Positions 20,689 to 30,316 of a stretch of DNA of 64,000 bases are shown piece after piece. This DNA is from Alphaproteobacteria bacterium. Its GTDB lineage: Bacteria > Pseudomonadota > Alphaproteobacteria > JAJTHO01 > CANGYM01. The translations under genes were made by a program, and so were the position numbers. Where the stretch lies: positions 1,248 to 65,247 of the forward strand of contig CANGYP010000001.1 of the NCBI GenBank assembly GCA_947458235.1. The letters run 5' to 3'. Numbering within the stretch: position 1 is the stretch's first letter; every line of letters starts with the position of its first letter. Below the pieces are notes generated by a model that saw only the letters and a program-made list of their open reading frames with translations, did not search any database and was not told the origin of the DNA.

Positions 20689-22737
20689 CTACGCCACATC
20701 CCCCATAGTCCCATGAAATGCTTGTTCCTCGGCGCGGCGCATGTCCTCTTCGTATTCGGCTTTACGGGCCTCGATCATAAAGGGGGGCATGGACGGGGCA
20801 GGGGGGTAGTTTAGGCCCATACCATGATCTGGATTATGCACCAAGTGTTTCAATTCAGGATGTTTGAAATAGGCGGGGGTGCTTGCCATAATGGGCCGGT
20901 TCATATTGGCCTGCATCAGAACGATGTGTTGTTTCAGATTGGGTAGGGACATAAAATCCTCTGGCCGAATCAGGGGTTGGCCCTGCAAAGATTTCTGCAT
21001 GTTGCTGGCAAAGGGATTGGTTTGACGGGACAAACCCACGGTGCGGCTTTTGGATTTGGATTCCATGGTCCGCTGGCCCACCATTTCCGAAAACCGTTTG
21101 GCTGTGGTTTCGTTGTTCAGGGGCAAAATCACTTTAGCGGCAGTGGTGGAAATCACGGTTTCCATTTCGTTTTCCCCGTATTTGGCCTTGATCTGGCCCA
21201 AATCCTGACCGATCATCAGGAAACTGACCTTTTGTCCCCGACCCACGGCAGGACCATCAATCAGGGCCTGCAGCTTGGGCATTTGGGGGAACTCATCCAA
21301 AACAAACAACACAGGAAAGGGGCCCACATCCCTGCCATCACGGGTTTTCCCCTTGGGTTTATGGGCCACCAACCATGCGGACATGGCCTCAATCAGCAAT
21401 CCCGTAATCACCCCTAGGGCGCGGGCATCTTCTTGGTTCACACAAATATAAATGGTTACGGGTTTCATTTCCCCTGTTATGGGGTCACGCATACCGCGCA
21501 CATCCATAAAGGAAAAATCACTTTTGGATGTTCTGGCCCGCACGGCACTGTTTTTGAACACAATCAATCCTCCATCCATGGTGGACATGATGGACCCGCG
21601 CTCTTTATCGGGTGTGGCGGCTAAGCTGGTTAACTCCATAACCGCGCGAGGGGCAAACCCGCCAGCGTGGGCTTCGCTGGCGGCATCTTTTAAAAACTCT
21701 GTTACAGGATCATACTGCATGGCCTGCATGGGATTTTTTTTCATCAGCTCTTCTTTTTTCTTTTGCGCCCCCATGGTGGCTTCAGTCATCCAGTCAATAA
21801 TCATGGGGATGCATGCTTCTTGGCCTTGCCATTGCTTGGGGATGCCCTGATAATTGCCCGTTTCACATTTTTGAACGATATAATGGACAAATCCAGCCAA
21901 AGCGGCGCGGGCCTTGGTGGACCAGTGGGGCTCTTTTTCATTTTCCACAATCATAATATTAACAATACGATCCACATACAAATCGCGGTTGGGCCCGAAT
22001 TCGGGAATGCACATGGGGGATAAGGGATTCCAGCGGGGAAAGAAAATACCCTGCTCTGGCTTATCCTGCGCGGCCCATTCCAAACGAAAGCAAAGGCTGT
22101 GTTTGGAGCGATAACCAGATGTTAAATCAAACAATTCTGGCTTCACATCATTCACAATCATGGACACGTTGTCACAGGTCAGAATGGTGGGCACAACCAC
22201 ACTCACCGTTTTACCCGTCCCTGGGGGGGCCACACACAAAACGGAGAGGGTTTCTGGCAATTTCAACAAACGGCCTTTCCATTCCCCAATAACGATGATC
22301 CAGCCCTTATCCAGCAAGCCCATCTCTTTAATATCATCATCACGGGCATAACGGGATGATCCAAAGGTATCATCAATAAAGCTATAGGGGTTCCGCACCA
22401 ACATATAAAACAACAGCAAGCTGGCGGGCAGAAACGTGATGAACATTTCAACAGGCAGACCAAAAATACGCCAGTCGTTAGGAACACCCCCCACATTGCC
22501 AATCCAGTTTAAATGAAATTCATAAAACAGCATGGGGGATAGCATGGTTTCCCAATACGTTCCCAGCCCCATCAAGTTCGGCTTGCTGACCCCATTTTTC
22601 ATCAAATAAAAAAAACTGGCGGAAACGGCCGTTCCCACATACACAATAGAAACAAACCACACAAAGGACTTAAGGATCCACGCTCTGGCCTTTTGCGTTT
22701 CACCAGCATCTTTTTTACGTTGATAGGATAGGGACAT
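20689..22737 (-). CDS. virD4: Type IV secretion / conjugation coupling protein, VirD4/TraG family
   Basis: N-terminal TM helices, Walker A CVAPPGTGKTVSVVVPTIL and Walker B-like VLFVLDEF. 682 aa. Confidence 0.8.
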   Translation of the reverse strand: MSLSYQRKKDAGETQKARAWILKSFVWFVSIVYVGTAVSASFFYLMKNGVSKPNLMGLGTYWETMLSPMLFYEFHLNWIGNVGGVPNDWRIFGLPVEMFITFLPASLLLFYMLVRNPYSFIDDTFGSSRYARDDDIKEMGLLDKGWIIVIGEWKGRLLKLPETLSVLCVAPPGTGKTVSVVVPTILTCDNVSMIVNDVKPELFDLTSGYRSKHSLCFRLEWAAQDKPEQGIFFPRWNPLSPMCIPEFGPNRDLYVDRIVNIMIVENEKEPHWSTKARAALAGFVHYIVQKCETGNYQGIPKQWQGQEACIPMIIDWMTEATMGAQKKKEELMKKNPMQAMQYDPVTEFLKDAASEAHAGGFAPRAVMELTSLAATPDKERGSIMSTMDGGLIVFKNSAVRARTSKSDFSFMDVRGMRDPITGEMKPVTIYICVNQEDARALGVITGLLIEAMSAWLVAHKPKGKTRDGRDVGPFPVLFVLDEFPQMPKLQALIDGPAVGRGQKVSFLMIGQDLGQIKAKYGENEMETVISTTAAKVILPLNNETTAKRFSEMVGQRTMESKSKSRTVGLSRQTNPFASNMQKSLQGQPLIRPEDFMSLPNLKQHIVLMQANMNRPIMASTPAYFKHPELKHLVHNPDHGMGLNYPPAPSMPPFMIEARKAEYEEDMRRAEEQAFHGTMGDVA

Positions 22738-23506
22738 GGCGGGACACTCTCACAGCAACCTAAAAACCATATCGAATTGTATGGAAAATGTCAAGGAAAA
22801 TCAGGAAACCATCATCGCCTCCGGATATGGCTTTTCGCCTGTATTTGATGATGTTTATTTCCAGCCCTGTGATCCAGTGGCGGAATCCCGCTATGTGTTT
22901 ATGAATCATAACTTTCTGCCCCAGCGGTTGAGGGTTACCCCCACCTTCACCATCGGGGAATTGGGATTTGGCAGTGGCCTGAATGCCATAATCACTCTTG
23001 ATTTATGGCTGCGTGTGGCACCAGCGGGCAGCACACTGAGATACTGCGCGGTTGAACAATACCCCCTCAGCCTTGCCCAACTCAGGGTGATAGGAGAGCC
23101 TTGGCAGGCCCTGTTTCCCATGGCCCATAGCCTGCTTCTGTCCCATCATTATCAGGATGCCTGTTCTCAGGCCATCACCATCCCCTTGCAAGACAACAAA
23201 ACTTTTATATTACAGATATTTGTTCAAGATGCGGCCCAAGCCCTGACCCATTGGCCCGCCACAGTGGATGCGTGGTTTTTGGATGGTTTTGCCCCCGCCA
23301 AAAATCCAACAATGTGGCATCCTTCGGTTTTATCAGGGGTGGGGCAGAACACCTTTTGGGGGGGAACCTTTGCGACTTTTACAGCAGCATCCGATGTGCG
23401 GCGGGGCTTACAGGCCGCAGGGTTTCACGTGTTCCGCACCAAAGGCTATGGCCAAAAACGGCACCTATGCTGGGGCTATCGTTTTTCAAATCCTGGGAAA
23501 TTTTGA
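22736..23506 (+). CDS. MnmC-type tRNA mnm5U methyltransferase domain protein (standalone MnmC2/DUF752-like)
   Basis: ELGFGSGLN SAM-binding motif and WFLDGFAPAKNPTMW match the MnmC methyltransferase half. No FAD oxidoreductase half is present. Confidence 0.55.
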   Translation: MAGHSHSNLKTISNCMENVKENQETIIASGYGFSPVFDDVYFQPCDPVAESRYVFMNHNFLPQRLRVTPTFTIGELGFGSGLNAIITLDLWLRVAPAGSTLRYCAVEQYPLSLAQLRVIGEPWQALFPMAHSLLLSHHYQDACSQAITIPLQDNKTFILQIFVQDAAQALTHWPATVDAWFLDGFAPAKNPTMWHPSVLSGVGQNTFWGGTFATFTAASDVRRGLQAAGFHVFRTKGYGQKRHLCWGYRFSNPGKF

Positions 23507-24126
23507 CGCAATTTAAACAAATCAGGATTCAAGGATTCGGGCTGCTGCAAAGACGTCAAGTGGGTGCGAATCGGACTGCCCACAGGATCCACATAGGCCC
23601 ACCCCATCAGTTTAAGTGTTTTTTTATCAAACAAAAAATACAGGGGCGGCTGGTCGGGGGATTGGGGCAACACCCGCAAAAACGTCCGCGTTTCATCATG
23701 GGCGACTTGAAATGTATAGTCCGTGCGGTTGCGCAGCACTACGGGGTCCTGCAACAAAAACGACAACGGCAGATCATCAATGGAAATATAGGTCCGCTGG
23801 CCCAAATTCAAATCATAAAAAACCGCTGTCCCTGATTTCACAATCAGATATTGTCGCGTTGACATTTTCAGGTGCATTTGGTTGGGACGCTTCCAGTAAA
23901 GCGTGCCGGTTTGATCGGGTTTGCCTTCTTCCAGCTGGATATAGGTGGCCTGAACTTGTTTCAGGGCATTGAGGTTGTGTTCAATGCGCGAGAGGATCTC
24001 TGAATCCTGCGTCCAAGCCAACACTGGATTGTCAATAGCATCCCCCGCATCGGCGGCAAAGGCCGCGTGAAACCTTTGGGAAAGGGTCAAAAGCATAAAA
24101 CAAACAACAACCAGTCTCATGGCCAT
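23476..24126 (-). CDS. lolA: Periplasmic lipoprotein carrier LolA-like protein
   Basis: Signal peptide, then QVQATYIQ...GTLYWKRPNQMHLK, as in LolA LWVKRPN. About 216 aa. Confidence 0.65.
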   Translation of the reverse strand: MAMRLVVVCFMLLTLSQRFHAAFAADAGDAIDNPVLAWTQDSEILSRIEHNLNALKQVQATYIQLEEGKPDQTGTLYWKRPNQMHLKMSTRQYLIVKSGTAVFYDLNLGQRTYISIDDLPLSFLLQDPVVLRNRTDYTFQVAHDETRTFLRVLPQSPDQPPLYFLFDKKTLKLMGWAYVDPVGSPIRTHLTSLQQPESLNPDLFKLRQNFPGFEKR

Positions 24127-24243
24127 CCTAAATGTGTCGTGACACTTTACGTTAAAGCATACTCCCCACTATAATGCGATGGTTTTCATAAGGGAGGAAG
24201 AAACACTAGGTAGGGCTCTCCTTTCATGCTAAATCCTTGATTC

Positions 24244-26556
24244 ATGATGACGCATCGATGGATTTTAGGGTTTGTTGTGTTGCTTTTCTCTGCCTTCTCA
24301 GCCGCGGAGGCCAAGACGTGCTTGGTGCTTTCTGGCGGAGGCGCCTTGGGGATTGCCCATGTGGGTGTTTTGAAAGTTTTAGAGGAACAGCGCGTTCCCA
24401 TCGATTGCATCGCTGGCACCAGCATGGGTGCCATTGTGGGGGGGTTGTATGCCTCGGGTTACTCCGCGCAGGAACTGGAAACCCTAGTAGAAACCTCTCA
24501 ATGGGCTACATTATTCAGCGAGCCTAGTGAGCGGCGTGATTTAACCTTTCAGCGCAAGCGGGATGATCTAAACTTTTTAATGGATTTTAAAATCGGCATC
24601 AACGACGAAGGCAAGGTTGCCCTGCCCAAAGGGGCCATTTTGGGCAATCAGATTGATCTGGCGTTTTTGGAATTCACCCTGCGCAGTCATGGGATTACTG
24701 ATTTTGATCGGTTGCCCATTCCCTTTCGCGCTGTGGCCTCGGATGTGGAAACGGGAAATCCTGTGATTTTGGGGCATGGGTCCTTGGTTCGGGCCATGCG
24801 GGCCAGCATGTCTGTGCCTGGGGTTTTTGCCCCTGTAGAGATTGATGGAAAATTTTTGGTGGATGGGGGCGCATCCAACAACCTGCCCATGGATGTAGCC
24901 AGAGCCATGGGGGCCAACCACCTGATTGTGGTTCATATTCCCACGCTTCTTAAGGAGTATTCCGAACTAACCTCTGCCCTAGACGTGGCTGGACAGATGA
25001 TTTCCATTTTGATCAAGCAAAACGAGGATCGGCAACTCACCACCCTGACCGTTCAGGATGTTTACATTCGTCCTGATATTGACGGGTTTAGCTCCAGCGA
25101 TTTTGCACAGGCTAAAGCGATCATCAAGCCCGGCATCAAGGCTGCGCAGGACCAACACAAGGCTTTGGCGCCTTTGTCAGTGTCCCCTGCAGACTACGCC
25201 GCCCTTCGCGCCCGTCAATACCGCCCCGTACCCCCAAACCCCCTTATTGAGTTTGTGGAACTAAAGAATGATTCAAAACTCAGTGATGAAATCCTGTGGC
25301 AAAACATGTCCATAAAATCTGGCGAACCCCTATCCATGCAAGTTTTGCAGCAGGATTTATCCCGTCTTTATGGGACAGGACATTTTGAAAGCGTCACTTT
25401 TGATATTGTGGATCGCTCTGGGCAAAAAGCGGGCGTTATTGTATCCGCCACAGACAAAGCCCAAAAAGACCATGGAAACGTTGGGGTAACGCCCAAGGCT
25501 CCATCTCCTACCACCGTATCCGAGGCGATACCCTTCTCTGAAAAAGGCCTTTCCATCGCCGCACAGCCCAAAGCATGGTCAATGGATAACCTGCGGTTTG
25601 GCCTGAATTTAGAGGATAATTTTGAAGGCAACACATCCTATAATCTCTCCACTCGTTATTCGCAAACCCTGTTGAATAATTTAGGCGGCGAGCTAAATCT
25701 AGACGGCCAAGTGGGGGAAAACAACAAAGCCAAAGCCGAATGGTACCAACCCTTAAGTGCTGAAAAAGGCCCCTTCGTGGCCGCCAGTGGGGGGTACGAG
25801 GGGCAAAATATCCCCATTTTGCAAAACAAACAGGAGATTGCCAAATACCGCCTAACCCGCTACACCGCCCAAGCGGCTGTGGGCACAACGCTGCTGGATA
25901 ACGACGGCGAGGCCCGTGTAGGCCTTGAGCGGGGCTATGGGTACGCGGACCTGAAAACAGGCGATCGCCCCTCGGGCATCGACAATGACTTTGATATTGG
26001 AGATGCCTTTGTGTCCATTGATTATGACACCTTAGATCAAATCAATTTTCCCAAAAAAGGGAAATTTGGCAACATAACCTTTCGCAAAGCCACGGAAACC
26101 CTAGGCTCCACAAGCCGTTATGAGCAGGGGCAAGGGCGCATGACATGGGTAGAAAGTTTAGATGACAAAAACACCTTTATTTTCACCAGCAGCTTGGATC
26201 TCTCGCTGGAAGATGACGCCCCCATCAATGGCCAATTTTTGGGGGGTGGATTCCTGAATTTTTCGGGTTACCAAAAAGACCAAATCCTAAGCCCTAACAT
26301 CAGCAGCAATCGCCTTCTGTACATCCACCAGCTGTATGGCAACAGCGAAGACCTCTTTCATCTGCCTGTTTATGTGGGGGGATCGTTTGAGGTCGGGGAT
26401 TATCAGGAACAGCACCAAGATTTGATGAGCGATCCCATCGCCTCTGGATCGGGATTTTTTGGCACGGACACTATCTTTGGCCCCGTATACTTGGGCTACG
26501 GCCAGTCCGAAGGGGGAATGCGGTCCGTCTATCTATTCTTGGGACGCTCTTTTTAA
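24244..26556 (+). CDS. Patatin-like phospholipase fused to a C-terminal Omp85/surface-antigen beta-barrel (PlpD-like type Vd autotransporter)
   Basis: Signal peptide, oxyanion CLVLSGGGALG, GTSMGA nucleophile and DGGASNN catalytic Asp. A long Gly/Tyr/Asn-rich beta-strand region ends in the C-terminal FLGRSF, typical of OM beta-barrels. Confidence 0.75.
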   Translation: MMTHRWILGFVVLLFSAFSAAEAKTCLVLSGGGALGIAHVGVLKVLEEQRVPIDCIAGTSMGAIVGGLYASGYSAQELETLVETSQWATLFSEPSERRDLTFQRKRDDLNFLMDFKIGINDEGKVALPKGAILGNQIDLAFLEFTLRSHGITDFDRLPIPFRAVASDVETGNPVILGHGSLVRAMRASMSVPGVFAPVEIDGKFLVDGGASNNLPMDVARAMGANHLIVVHIPTLLKEYSELTSALDVAGQMISILIKQNEDRQLTTLTVQDVYIRPDIDGFSSSDFAQAKAIIKPGIKAAQDQHKALAPLSVSPADYAALRARQYRPVPPNPLIEFVELKNDSKLSDEILWQNMSIKSGEPLSMQVLQQDLSRLYGTGHFESVTFDIVDRSGQKAGVIVSATDKAQKDHGNVGVTPKAPSPTTVSEAIPFSEKGLSIAAQPKAWSMDNLRFGLNLEDNFEGNTSYNLSTRYSQTLLNNLGGELNLDGQVGENNKAKAEWYQPLSAEKGPFVAASGGYEGQNIPILQNKQEIAKYRLTRYTAQAAVGTTLLDNDGEARVGLERGYGYADLKTGDRPSGIDNDFDIGDAFVSIDYDTLDQINFPKKGKFGNITFRKATETLGSTSRYEQGQGRMTWVESLDDKNTFIFTSSLDLSLEDDAPINGQFLGGGFLNFSGYQKDQILSPNISSNRLLYIHQLYGNSEDLFHLPVYVGGSFEVGDYQEQHQDLMSDPIASGSGFFGTDTIFGPVYLGYGQSEGGMRSVYLFLGRSF

Positions 26557-26582
26557 AAGATACCGCGCCCCCTTCCTTTTGG

Positions 26583-28034
26583 TTGGAAAACGGGTTAGAG
26601 TGCCTTATGCATTTTTCACAGTATCACACTGATGGGTTTTATGATGAGCTGTTCCTGAGCGATGGGCAGCCCAGACCCGAAGCCGCCCCTCTGATTGCCC
26701 AGATCAATGCCCTCTCCAGCAAGGATTTACGGCGTCGCCAACGGGCGGCCGAGCTGGCCATGTTCCAGCAGGGGATTACCTTTAGCGTTTACGGCGACCG
26801 TCAGGGACACGAAAAAATCATTCCCTTTGATATTTTGCCCCGCATCATTACGGGGCAAACGTGGGCGGTGTTAGAGCGGGGATTAAAACAGCGCATCTTG
26901 GCCTTGAACACTTTTATTCACGATATTTATCATGACCAGAACATTTTGCGCGATGGGGTCATTCCCCGTGAGTTGGTTCTGTCCAGTGCCTGTTACCTGC
27001 CTGCGTGTCAGGGATTAACACCCCCTAAAAACACATGGGCCCATATTGCGGGCATTGATTTGGTGCGGGATGAACAGGGGATGTTTTACGTTTTGGAGGA
27101 TAACGTGCGCTGCCCATCGGGCATTTCCTATGTTCTGGAAAACCGCACCATGCAAAAGCGCACCTTTCCGCGGGCATTTGAGGCTATGCGCGTGCGCCCC
27201 GTATCCAACTATCCCAACCAGCTTTACCAGATGCTGCGCCGCCTTTCCAGCGAAGCGGACCCCACCGTGGTGGTTCTAACCCCTGGTATGTACAATTCTG
27301 CCTATTTTGAACATGCCTTTTTGGCCCAACAAATGGGGGTCTTTTTGGCTGAAGGGGCAGATTTGACGGTATCGGGGGGCTACGTCTGGTTGAAAACCAC
27401 ACGGGGCCTGAAAAAGGTGGATGTGATTTACCGCCGCATAGATGATATCTTTCTGGATCCTGTGGCGTTTCGTCCAGACTCCTTGTTGGGGGTTGCGGGG
27501 CTGATGGACTGTTATCGGCGGGGCACGGTGGCCCTTGCCAATGCCCCTGGTACGGGGGTTGCGGATGATAAAGCGATTTATGCCTATGTCCCCGCCATGA
27601 TCCGCTATTATTTGGGGGAAGAGGCCATCATTCCCAACGTCCCTACCTATCTGTGTTCGGATGATGCCCAGCGGCAGTATGTTTTGGACAATCTGGAAAC
27701 TCTGGTGGTGAAGGCTGTGAATCTTTCTGGGGGTTATGGCATGTTGATTGGCCCCAAATCCACGGCAGAAGAGCGCAACACCTTTGCCGAGGCCATTCGT
27801 ACCAACCCACGGGATTACATTGCCCAGCCCACGCTGTCCCTGTCCCGCGCCCCCACCCTGACACCTGAGGGGATTGAGGGACGCCACGTAGATTTTCGGC
27901 CCTATGTGCTATCCAGCGACGAGGTTTTTGTTTTGCCTGGGGGCTTGACTCGTGTGGCGTTGGTGAAGGGGTCGCTGGTGGTCAATTCCTCCCAAGGGGG
28001 CGGCAGCAAAGATACATGGATTTTGGAGGACTAA
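26583..28034 (+). CDS. Circularly permuted type-2 ATP-grasp protein (COG2308, DUF404/DUF407)
   Basis: 483 aa. The HFSQYHTDGFYDEL start and conserved blocks YVLEDNVRCPSG and YVPAMIRYYLGEEAIIPNVPTY are characteristic of the family. Confidence 0.8.
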   Translation: MENGLECLMHFSQYHTDGFYDELFLSDGQPRPEAAPLIAQINALSSKDLRRRQRAAELAMFQQGITFSVYGDRQGHEKIIPFDILPRIITGQTWAVLERGLKQRILALNTFIHDIYHDQNILRDGVIPRELVLSSACYLPACQGLTPPKNTWAHIAGIDLVRDEQGMFYVLEDNVRCPSGISYVLENRTMQKRTFPRAFEAMRVRPVSNYPNQLYQMLRRLSSEADPTVVVLTPGMYNSAYFEHAFLAQQMGVFLAEGADLTVSGGYVWLKTTRGLKKVDVIYRRIDDIFLDPVAFRPDSLLGVAGLMDCYRRGTVALANAPGTGVADDKAIYAYVPAMIRYYLGEEAIIPNVPTYLCSDDAQRQYVLDNLETLVVKAVNLSGGYGMLIGPKSTAEERNTFAEAIRTNPRDYIAQPTLSLSRAPTLTPEGIEGRHVDFRPYVLSSDEVFVLPGGLTRVALVKGSLVVNSSQGGGSKDTWILED

Positions 28035-28038
28035 ACCA

Positions 28039-28971
28039 ATGCTCAGCCGTGTGGCCAACGCTGTTTACTGGATGAGTCGTTATTTGGAACGCGCCGATAA
28101 CGTGGCCCGTTTTATTCACGTCAACATTCACCTGATGCTGGATTTGGGATTAGAGCATGACAATGGACGCTGGGCCCCTTTGGTGGCAGCGTCGGGTGAT
28201 GATGAGGATTTTCGCCGTCGTTACGATGATCATAATGAAAAAAACGTCCTGCATTTTTTGACGTTTGACGAGGAAAATCCCAATTCCATTCTGTCTTGCA
28301 TTCACCGCGCTAGAGAAAATGCCCGAACCGTGAGAGAAATTTTGTCTTCGGATTTATGGATGGCCATCAATGATGTGCATCATCTAACCCAAAAACAGGC
28401 CAGACGTCGCAAAATTGGGGATTTGCAGGATTTTTATTTGTCCATCCGCCGCGCGGGCTATGTGTTTACGGGCCTGCTCGAAGATACCATGACCCACGGC
28501 GAGGCATGGCATTTTGCCGATTTAGGCCGCATGCTAGAGCGTGCCGATAAAACGGCGCGTATTTTGGATGTGAAGTACTTTCTGCTGTTGCCCAGTTTAG
28601 AGTATTTTGATTCCCCCTATGATGCGGTGGAATGGAGCGCGGTTTTAAAATCCGTCAGTGCCTTTGAAATGTACCTCAAGCAACACCACACCATCAATTA
28701 CAAAAATGTGGCAGATTTTTTGATTTTTCATCCCTCATTCCCTCGATCCATCCTACGCTGCACGCATCAGGCGGCGCGGTCTTTACACAGCATTGTGGCC
28801 GCCACCGCCAGCGATACCGATATTGAACAGTCCATGTCCACCCTGCGGTCTTTTCTGGCCGATGCCACCATCGAGAGCGTTTTAAACCACGGCATGCATG
28901 AATTTATCGATACCTTTCAAACCCATAGCAACACGTTGGATCGGGACATTAGCCAAACATTTTTTGCATGA
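28039..28971 (+). CDS. Alpha-E domain protein (COG2307, DUF403)
   Basis: Starts MLSRVANAVYWMSRYLERADN, the hallmark alpha-E N-terminus. Lies 5 nt downstream of the ATP-grasp gene. Confidence 0.8.
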   Translation: MLSRVANAVYWMSRYLERADNVARFIHVNIHLMLDLGLEHDNGRWAPLVAASGDDEDFRRRYDDHNEKNVLHFLTFDEENPNSILSCIHRARENARTVREILSSDLWMAINDVHHLTQKQARRRKIGDLQDFYLSIRRAGYVFTGLLEDTMTHGEAWHFADLGRMLERADKTARILDVKYFLLLPSLEYFDSPYDAVEWSAVLKSVSAFEMYLKQHHTINYKNVADFLIFHPSFPRSILRCTHQAARSLHSIVAATASDTDIEQSMSTLRSFLADATIESVLNHGMHEFIDTFQTHSNTLDRDISQTFFA

Positions 28972-29119
28972 GGCGTTGCTTTTACCCCCCTCACAAACAA
29001 CAACCGCTTTCGGTGTTTTTTGATGTGTCATCACACCTTCATGTAAACAAAGAACGTCTCAGGGGATGTTGGGGGTAGAGGGCGTAGATGGGATGTGATG
29101 TTTTCTGTCATTGCCCGCC

Positions 29120-30316
29120 CTAAAACATCTCCGCAGGATCTACCGCACGCAGTTTCTGCATGGCCAAAGCCCCTGACAGGGTACACATCACCAAAATCAT
29201 TGAAAAAATTGAAATCATTTTCAATACGGGCATAGGCATGGGCAAAAAAATGTTGGTTTCCACCACCTGATACAATACCCACGCCAGTAACGTCCCAGGC
29301 ACAAACCCCAGCACAGCCAAAATCAGAGACGATGCCAATACCACCATAAACAAATAACGAAACGTATATCCCATAGCCGTTAATGTCGCGTATTGATTTA
29401 AATGGGTAGCAATGTCCGTAAACAAGATTTGATACACAATGATCATCCCCACCACCAACCCCATCACCGTTCCAAAACCGAAAATAAACCCCACAGGAAC
29501 GTTTTTTTGCCAATAATCAAATTCGTGTTGTTTCATTTCAGGGAAGGTAAAAAGGTAAACATCGGGACTGACGCGCTGACGCAGGCTGGCTTGTACCGCC
29601 ACAGGGTCTGCGCCAGCCTTTAAGCGAATCACCCCCAGATCAATCTGCTCTGGTGCGCGGGCGGAAAAAATACGAAAAAAGTTATTATCACTGACAATCA
29701 CATTCCCATCCGAGGCAAAGGATCCCCCCAAAACAAATGTCCCGCGCAACGTGACGGCGCGATCATTGATTTCTGTTACAACAGGCCCTTTAGGCAACAG
29801 CCCTGCGATAGGTCCAAACTCGGGGCGCGAGGCCTTATCAAACAATCCTGTATCTGGATCAATCAGTTGCGCACTTTGGGCAATCACCTCTGGCATGGTC
29901 ATGAGATGGGTTAAGGGGTCATAGCCATAGATAGTCAACGTACGCTTGGTGTGATCCTGCGGATTTTTAAAAGGGGCTAAGCCCATATATAGAGGAATGA
30001 CTTCTTTGATATCGGGATGGGCCATGGTGCGGTACAATTCGGCCCGTGCGAAGGGAATGGTTCGCCAGAAAGCCTCAGTCTGGCGATGGATCAAAAACAA
30101 ATCTCCATCGATTTTTGATGGGGCCAAAATCACACTGGCATACAATGCATCCCGAAACCCCGTTTGAATATAGACCAAAACACAGGCAAACATAACACCC
30201 AACACCGCCGCCAACAGCTTGGCACGGCTAAAGACCATCTGACGCCACGCCAAGCGCCCCGCAAAATGAAACTGTTGCGCCAAAGATACGGACTTCATGG
30301 GCATCAACGCTGTCAC
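29120..30316 (-). CDS. ABC exporter permease, FtsX/MacB-like (DevC family)
   Basis: N-terminal TM, a large periplasmic domain and a C-terminal FtsX 3-TM bundle. 398 aa. Overlaps the upstream adaptor gene by 4 nt. Confidence 0.7.
   Translation of the reverse strand: MTALMPMKSVSLAQQFHFAGRLAWRQMVFSRAKLLAAVLGVMFACVLVYIQTGFRDALYASVILAPSKIDGDLFLIHRQTEAFWRTIPFARAELYRTMAHPDIKEVIPLYMGLAPFKNPQDHTKRTLTIYGYDPLTHLMTMPEVIAQSAQLIDPDTGLFDKASRPEFGPIAGLLPKGPVVTEINDRAVTLRGTFVLGGSFASDGNVIVSDNNFFRIFSARAPEQIDLGVIRLKAGADPVAVQASLRQRVSPDVYLFTFPEMKQHEFDYWQKNVPVGFIFGFGTVMGLVVGMIIVYQILFTDIATHLNQYATLTAMGYTFRYLFMVVLASSLILAVLGFVPGTLLAWVLYQVVETNIFLPMPMPVLKMISIFSMILVMCTLSGALAMQKLRAVDPAEMF

Noticed and set aside
23251-23835. 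194-aa plus-strand ORF overlapping lolA
   Set aside because: It is antisense to a gene with a clear signal peptide and LolA motif, and has no features of its own.
29031-29513. 160-aa Gly-rich ORF (GGGDD, GVGIVSGGG) on the minus strand
   Set aside because: It overlaps the FtsX permease gene in another frame and is a typical shadow ORF.
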